DNA of 61,370 nucleotides, filler included, from Bipalium vagum (taxonomy: Eukaryota), in NCBI GenBank assembly GCA_037834085.1. It is 3 parts of 3 records of this genome, joined end to end, with 100 filler letters (N's around TTAATTAATTAA, not from the genome) between each part and the next. Parts side by side here need not be neighbours in the genome. Positions count along the whole stretch, not along the records: positions 44,286 to 61,370 come from JBBMKC010079284.1; 2 more parts are not named here. The stretch is one strand, 5' to 3'. The position numbers and the translations under genes were made by a program. Positions within the stretch are counted from its first letter, which is position 1; each line of letters starts with the position of its first letter. The notes beneath the pieces were generated by a model. It made no database searches. It was given only the letters and a program-made list of their open reading frames with translations, and was not told the origin of the DNA. Positions 54,858 to 61,370 of the stretch are shown here, in pieces.

Positions 54858-55121
54858 TATTACAATGTTTATCTATCACTTTAAATTTATATTGAATAAT
54901 TTGAATAATTTTTACAATATTTGGTTAGTTAAGTAGAAATTCTTTTTAAGGGCCTTTCAATTATTTTTTATTGTTAATTAGAAAATTCATTATACTTTAT
55001 AATTATACCAAGCTAACCTTTTAAATATAGTTGCTTTTAGCTTTTTTTGAAATTTGAATTTTCTCCTTTTTTATTTTAAACTAAAATTTATTGAAATTGG
55101 ATTGAGCATAATTTTAATGTA

Positions 55122-55356
55122 TCAGGTTGTGTAGTATGAAATTTGTAGGTAATGAAATTGACGATGATATAAAATTGGCCTTCCAGGAATTCCTTGACAC
55201 TCGCCCGCCAGGGTTTTATATGACCGGCATGAACAAGCTGCCGCTTAAATGGCAAAAATGTGTAGATAATATGGGTGCATAGCATAGTTTCTTTTACTTG
55301 TAATTTATTAATAAACTTTGTTTTTCATTTTACAAATTTCATACTACACAACCTGA
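55122..55356 (+). mobile_element. mariner-derived MITE (235 bp)
   Basis: Perfect 26-bp TIRs TCAGGTTGTGTAGTATGAAATTTGTA with TA on both sides. The interior keeps the transposase C-terminus AFQEFLDTRPPGFYMTGMNKLPLKWQKCVDNMGA. Confidence 0.9.
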
Positions 55357-58300
55357 TACTATTCTTTTTTTCGAAGATTCTAAGGTTATATCACATTTAG
55401 ATCTATTAATTCATATCAATTTTGATAGAACTGTCTTCTATTTTACAAGATTCATATAATGTATGTATAATTAAGTTAAGATCTCTTTCCATTGTAGTAT
55501 TCATCAATATACACTTATATTCTCTTATCATCATTTCATTAAGATATATTAGCAGCACTTAAGTTCAACTTAAATTTATCAACAACCGAAAATATTTTTT
55601 TAAAAAAATTTTCGAAAAGAATTAATTTAAAATGTTTAATAATTAAAAAATAAAAAATATACTGAATTTTAAAAAACTTTTCATTTAGTTTTATATTTAT
55701 TTTCATTTGTTTTATTATTTTTTCAATATTTTTTAACTTTTCAATAATTAAATAATTTTTGTTAATTAAATACCTATATATGATCATGATTTAATTATAT
55801 ATATATCTTTTTTATATGATAATAAAAACTAATGAATTTTATTATAAATAAATTTTATTTTTATCATAAAATTGTTAAATATATAGTTCATAAATTTAAT
55901 GATAAATAAAATTAAAAATTGTTATTTTTTTGGTTTATTATTATATGTACATAACATCAATTTTTTTATATCGAAACAGTGTTATTCGTTGTTTAAAAGA
56001 ATAGTGATCTTGAACTAAAAACCACAATAAAAGTACAAAAAAAATTTAAAAAGAAGTTTATTGCTTATATCTGTACCAAAAAATAAAAAAAACACTTCAG
56101 TTTTTTAAGCTTTACATTATCTAATTTAACATTTTCCAACTCCATCATAATTAAATCTAAAAAAATAGATAGATATTTTAATTTATTTATTAAGTATCTT
56201 TATGAAATATAATTTATTTAATAATAATTATAAATAATTAATTTTCTTAAGAAATTGAAAATTTAATAATTTCAAAGTTTAAAATTATAAATTAACGAAA
56301 AACTATTAGTTATTTGTTAATTTTATTTATAGTTGAGATAAATGTCAATATTATTGATTTTTTTTCTAATAAAAAATAACACGGAATTGACAAGTGTTAA
56401 TGCTAATAAAATATAAAATCTAACCATTTTTTTTAAAAATGACAAATGGAGGAAAATAGAAAAATAATATTTTAAAAAAACATCTATTTTCCTTTTTTCT
56501 ATTTAATAAATATAATATAATATAAACGAAACTATGCACAAAAGTCTGTTAGTTTTAAAAAAAATATTTATAATATATTAAGTTTTTCTCAAAGTTGGTT
56601 AATAATATGTGAAAATGTGTTTGAACAACTTAACATAGACTAATTGTTTCATAAGGATTTTAATGTGCGTACCGTTAGGCTTAAGATTTAAATGAAAATT
56701 TAATGTTTAAAGTGACAATGATAATATAAAAGTTAAATAAACACAAAAAAGATACTTAAGCACTGAATCGAATAATGTAATCGAGTTATTAATAAAGATA
56801 ACAATTTGTTGTTATAAAATATATTTTCAATTAAATCTGTCAATAAAATTCTTATTTACAATTTAAATTTAATATAAAACCCGGAGAAGAAGGTTAGCTT
56901 ATGATAAAATAGAACATTTTTCGGTAACTTACTTTCAAGAGCCCTCAGATTAAAATTCGGTTCTCTGTCCTACTTGACGTGGAAAACAGAAAACAAAAAA
57001 ATAATTTTAAAAAATTAAAAAAATATCAATTATTTAATTCTAAAGTGTTGGGAATGCTGATCTAACCTATACTATTTATTTATATTAATTAATTAATAAC
57101 TTATAATTCATAATTGAATTATAGCTTTAAATTTTAAATTTGTATTATTATTATCTTTTATTTGATTATCGGTTCACCTGTAGTCAGTCGTGAACCAAAA
57201 TTATTATTATGAATTATTGAAATCTAAGAGACAAAAATTCTTTTTTTCGGTTATTATTTCCGAAATAATTGTTCTCTACTGTGAAATTTCAGTTTCTTCA
57301 AATTATAATTATAATAATAATTTTTATACTTTATATTTAATATTTAATTTGAATATTATTTTATTATAAGAAAGAAGGATATGAGGATTTTAGGTCTCTA
57401 CTAGTCTCTAATAAAAAGTTCTAACTTTTACAATAAAAACGACAAATAAAAATACACAAAATTATATTTTTCATTCATAATAAAATGCTTATTATCAACA
57501 TCTAAGAATCGATGTTCAATGTTTTGTAATAAGAAATAAATGTTTTGGATTTTGTGAAATTGATTTGTTTGATGGTGGGAGCCTCCACAATATTATAAAA
57601 ATATAAATGATAACTATAAATATATTGCTATCTTTAAATATTAACATGATTTGTTTAATAAAAATATAAACAAATGACTAATTATAATTAATTTTAAATT
57701 AGGTAATTTTAAATAAAATGATTACACATACTACTTAAAATAAAATAGTACTTATATACTTCTAGAAGAGAACAAATAATACTACTCTTATATTATTTTT
57801 ATATATAATTTATGGTAAGTCAAACAATAAACTTTTTATTAAGGCAATATCTACAATATGAAAATGGTTATTTATTAATATCAAAATTATATTATTATTA
57901 TTAATTATTAATAAAAAATTATTTAATTTTCTTACCAGTAAACAAAAGGAAATTGAATTTTTTATATATTATTAACACTATGAAAAAGTTAAGGAATAAA
58001 TATAATATTTCTTACTTCCAATGAAAACATTTTCAAAACTATTGTAAGAGACATTAAATTTTAATTTAATTAAATAATAAATAAAGAAATATTAATATCC
58101 GAAATTTAATTCCCATTACATATTCTCCTTTTACATCAATGGTCTGGTCTGTGTCGACATTCATTTATAGATGGATTGAATGAAAAGGAATTGAAAATAA
58201 TGCCAGAAATGCAGAATGAAATAATGGGATATACAACTCATTAATCAATCATTACTTTCATTGTTTTATTGAAATAACAACTTACATAAAATACTTTATG

Positions 58301-59001
58301 GTATACTTTTTAATATAATTGGTTTAATATATATTGTTAATAAAAGTAATTTATTTAAACTATAATTCTATATTTTATAAATTATATCATAAGTTTATAT
58401 ATTAATTTTACATATAATTTTTAACATAACACTTATTATTCTTCATAACTTACTTAACTAATATAATAATGGTCATAACATAAAGGAAAAGGGTGAAAAA
58501 TACATAATGTTGAATAACGATAAGCATAAGATGATTCCAGATTTTTGAGATAAATCATAGTTTAAAGCTAAATCTTGTTTTGAAAGATATACATTTATTG
58601 ATATAATTTATTGAAGATGTCTTGCAACATATGATAGAGTAAAGATAATTTCTAGCCTTTGATGAACTGACATAAAAACGTTAATCTTATTAAATTATTC
58701 ATTGAAACCAATTTTAGGTTCGTTATCTCAGGTTCAGATCACTGTCCCTTACGAAAAACAAATCCTTCTTCTTCATTTCTTCGTCGGAGAACTCATCAAT
58801 TTTCCTAAGACAGGATAAGACAACCGATCGGTTTTACTTTAAAAATTGTATTTATTATTTTTATATTTCTTATGTCTTTTAATAAGCTTTGTCGTTTCTC
58901 AATAATGGTGAGGCTAAAAAGTATTTCGTCTATCAAAAATATTTTAATAAAATTTTGAACGTAAAATAATATTTGTATGTAAGTATGAAATGTACGATTA
59001 A

Positions 59002-59200
59002 TAGGTCAGTCAATAAGTTTTTTCGTTCGATAAAAAACAATTTTATTTATTTTAATACATTTTATTATTTAATATATTCTCCCAGAAGCACAACACACTT
59101 ATTTAAACGTTCCTCCAATTTATGGATTCCATCCTTATAGTGGTTTTCCGGTAGGTCTTCAAAATACTCGTCTACGGCTGCTATTGTCTCTTCATTTAAT
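59002..59200 (-). mobile_element. irritans/Himar1-like mariner 3' end
   Basis: TAGGTCAGTCAATAAG TIR; NEETIAAVDEYFEDLPENHYKDGIHKLEERLNKCV. Confidence 0.75.
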
Positions 59201-59399
59201 AAAAATAATAGAATGAGTTTTAGACTTCTTTGCGACTAATCAATAACGATGAGCCACTCTTATGATATGTGAACTTAACAAAAGTTCAAAAAAGCTCATT
59301 AATATCATGAAAAAGACAAAAAATGTCATCGCCTCGAAGAAAGGCATCACAACCTGATACATTTTTTTGTAGTATGAATATAATAGTGAAATATAGTTA

Positions 59400-60166
59400 T
59401 CATTGCTTACTATAGAATGCAGATTATTACTTGTTACACCTTCAATAATGCCTGCTACATCATCAATAGAACTGGACTAATCTGTTGGAGGTACTGGAAC
59501 TGGTAGGGATTCATCATGAGAAAAGGGCCTAAAAGGAGAAACAAGATTCGAATAGTGAGTCTTGTGTTTGTTTTTTGCAGAGAAATTTAATTTCTCAATA
59601 ATTCAAAACTAGCAGTAAATGTGATGGTTGCTTTGCTCAGATCATACCATTGGTAGAGCAAATGACATTTACTTTTTCCGTTTGTTTATTCATTCAAGCA
59701 AACTATGAGACCATACTGATCAGATGACACGAGATACCCATGATTTCTTCTGATTGCCCGGTAGACATCCAAAATATAAATGATAGATATGAATAAGATG
59801 TGATTTAATGTTCCTGTAATTTTGTCTTAAATGATCCACATATATAACAGAAAATACCTGGACTGTTTCTACATAATCAATGAAAATAGTAATGTGAACT
59901 TGGAAATAATAAGGTATCTAAAAGCAAGAAAACATAATTCATTTGTAATTTTAAATTTTATAAGAAAGCCATATTAATAAATCTAATCAATTTAAACCTT
60001 ATTTCCTGACAACTCATGTCCGATTTACGAAAAATGAATAAATGTGAACGCACTTATAATTTTTGACTTTATCTCAGAAACCTGAAGATAGATTTTGAAT
60101 CAGCATCTCAAGCTCTACTTAGAACATCTAATTTCATTTCTGATGAAAAATTCTTGTTGACAAGTG
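59400..60166 (-). mobile_element. Chapaev3-like DNA transposon, 5' part, decayed
   Basis: CACTTGTCAACAAG terminus at 60166. Minus-strand remnants FCYICGS, FGCLPGNQKKSWVSRVI, MSFALPMV and PFRPFSHDESLPVPVPP. Family assigned from remembered motifs. Confidence 0.6.
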
Positions 60167-61244
60167 TAAATAAGGTGTGACTATTTTTTTTAATTAACAA
60201 TTTTTAAAATAATATCATTGATATCTCAACATTTTATAAACTTGATAATTGATATTTTGAGTTTTACCATTGTAAATTGATATGTACAAGTTTTTACTTT
60301 ATTGATCTGTGCTGATTGCACCAAATATTAGCGTTCCTATTCAAGTAGACTTTGAATGAAGATAAAATGAAAGAATAAGAAACTGTAAACATTAATCAAA
60401 GGAAACATACATTTCACTACTTGAAATCAAACTTTTAGTAGAATTAAATTATAATTATTTAATTTAATATTATTTTATTTTCAGAAATATAATAAAATTA
60501 TACAAGTTAATGAAAGTCTCTTTATTTACAAGACTAATAATTCGATTTCCTTAAATATTCTCAGTTGAAAATTTAATAATTTAATTTTTTTCTAAAATAG
60601 TGAAAACAGAAAATTCAAAAATGTTTTTGTTATTAAATATGAAAGTTAAAACTTAGAATATATTTTATAATTAAACAATATCTTATTTCTTTTGTCATGT
60701 GGTTTATTTATTATGTTAAAAAACTTGCTTATATTTTGTTCTTTAATTAAAAACACAGGAAATTAAATAATTACCCTTCTTAATTTAGAGCTTAATTAAT
60801 TGTGTTAGAATAATTAGAATTTATTATTTTTAATTTTATATTAAATTCACCATTAGGTTTATTATAATTTAATAACATTTTCTAAGATCAATTATTTCTT
60901 TAAAGACTCTAAAACATACCATGTATTATACCCGTAATTAATTATAATAAAGAATATTATTTATTACTAAAATTAATTAATAAATGAGCATAAAATTTTT
61001 TAAAAAGTTATTTATTATTTTAATAAATATATTTAATTTAGATGGATTATTTTAGTTTTCTTATTTTCACAAAACATACTTTTGAGTGTATCTGAAATGA
61101 TCAAATCATGGTAATTTGTAATTATAAAATTACAACAGTAATTATCATGCAATCGTAGTAGTAGTAAAATATTAATTTAAATAAATTGAAAAATGTAGGA
61201 ATTATTTAAAAATAAATAAATAAAATAAGTATAATATATATGTA

Positions 61245-61370
61245 CACAGCTGGACAAAAAAATGAGGCTTACACAAAATAAAAAATTTTTATAAAAAATG
61301 TTTAAATTGGTTAACATTTATTACATTTTTAATATTTAAGCTATTGCACGTAATATGTATGTAATTTGGT
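61245..61370 (+). mobile_element. Start of a Tc1-like element (TIR)
   Basis: TA|CACAGCTGGACAAAAAAATGAGG, a Tc1-type terminus. Confidence 0.5.

Noticed and set aside
1396-55787. Many 60-85 aa hydrophobic or K/I/N/F-rich ORFs in the track (e.g. 1396-1632, 4270-4464, 8105-8317, 24399-24629, 55539-55787)
   Set aside because: Their composition reflects AT-rich non-coding DNA; they show no motifs or splice context.
58500-58760. SDHCP-like LINE endonuclease remnant (also SDH near 40140)
   Set aside because: Too degraded to support from sequence alone.

Overview
Very AT-rich, intron-containing animal DNA. The 40-60 bp minimal introns, dense decayed Tc1/mariner elements and a Cys-less pLGIC suggest a flatworm or other lophotrochozoan (inference only). 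Four spliced host genes can be rebuilt by hand: (1) three exons of a Cys-less (Pro-loop) pentameric ligand-gated ion channel on the minus strand at 12428-12970; (2) a 9-exon PLEKHG1/2/3-like DH-PH RhoGEF at 25258-35717; (3) a complete 5-exon eIF3k at 41313-42332; (4) a PTB/PTBP-like RRM gene at 44374-50412, whose last visible exon is a 34-nt exon equivalent to the vertebrate PTBP1/2 NMD-switch exon. The rest is mostly transposon debris (mariner, Tc1, rosa-like, ITmD37E-like, IS630-like, pogo, Chapaev3-like, LTR and possible Polinton relics). The most notable element is a 295-bp non-coding LTR retrotransposon (TRIM) on the minus strand at 40558-40852. Its 82-bp TG...CA LTRs are almost entirely a tRNA-Ala-derived Pol III cassette, it has an 18-nt tRNA-Arg-type primer-binding site, and its polypurine tract ends in the tRNA's own 5' GGGGA. 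A third LTR copy lies at 38229-38312. Two 100-bp N/TTAATTAATTAA/N spacers mark artificial contig joins.
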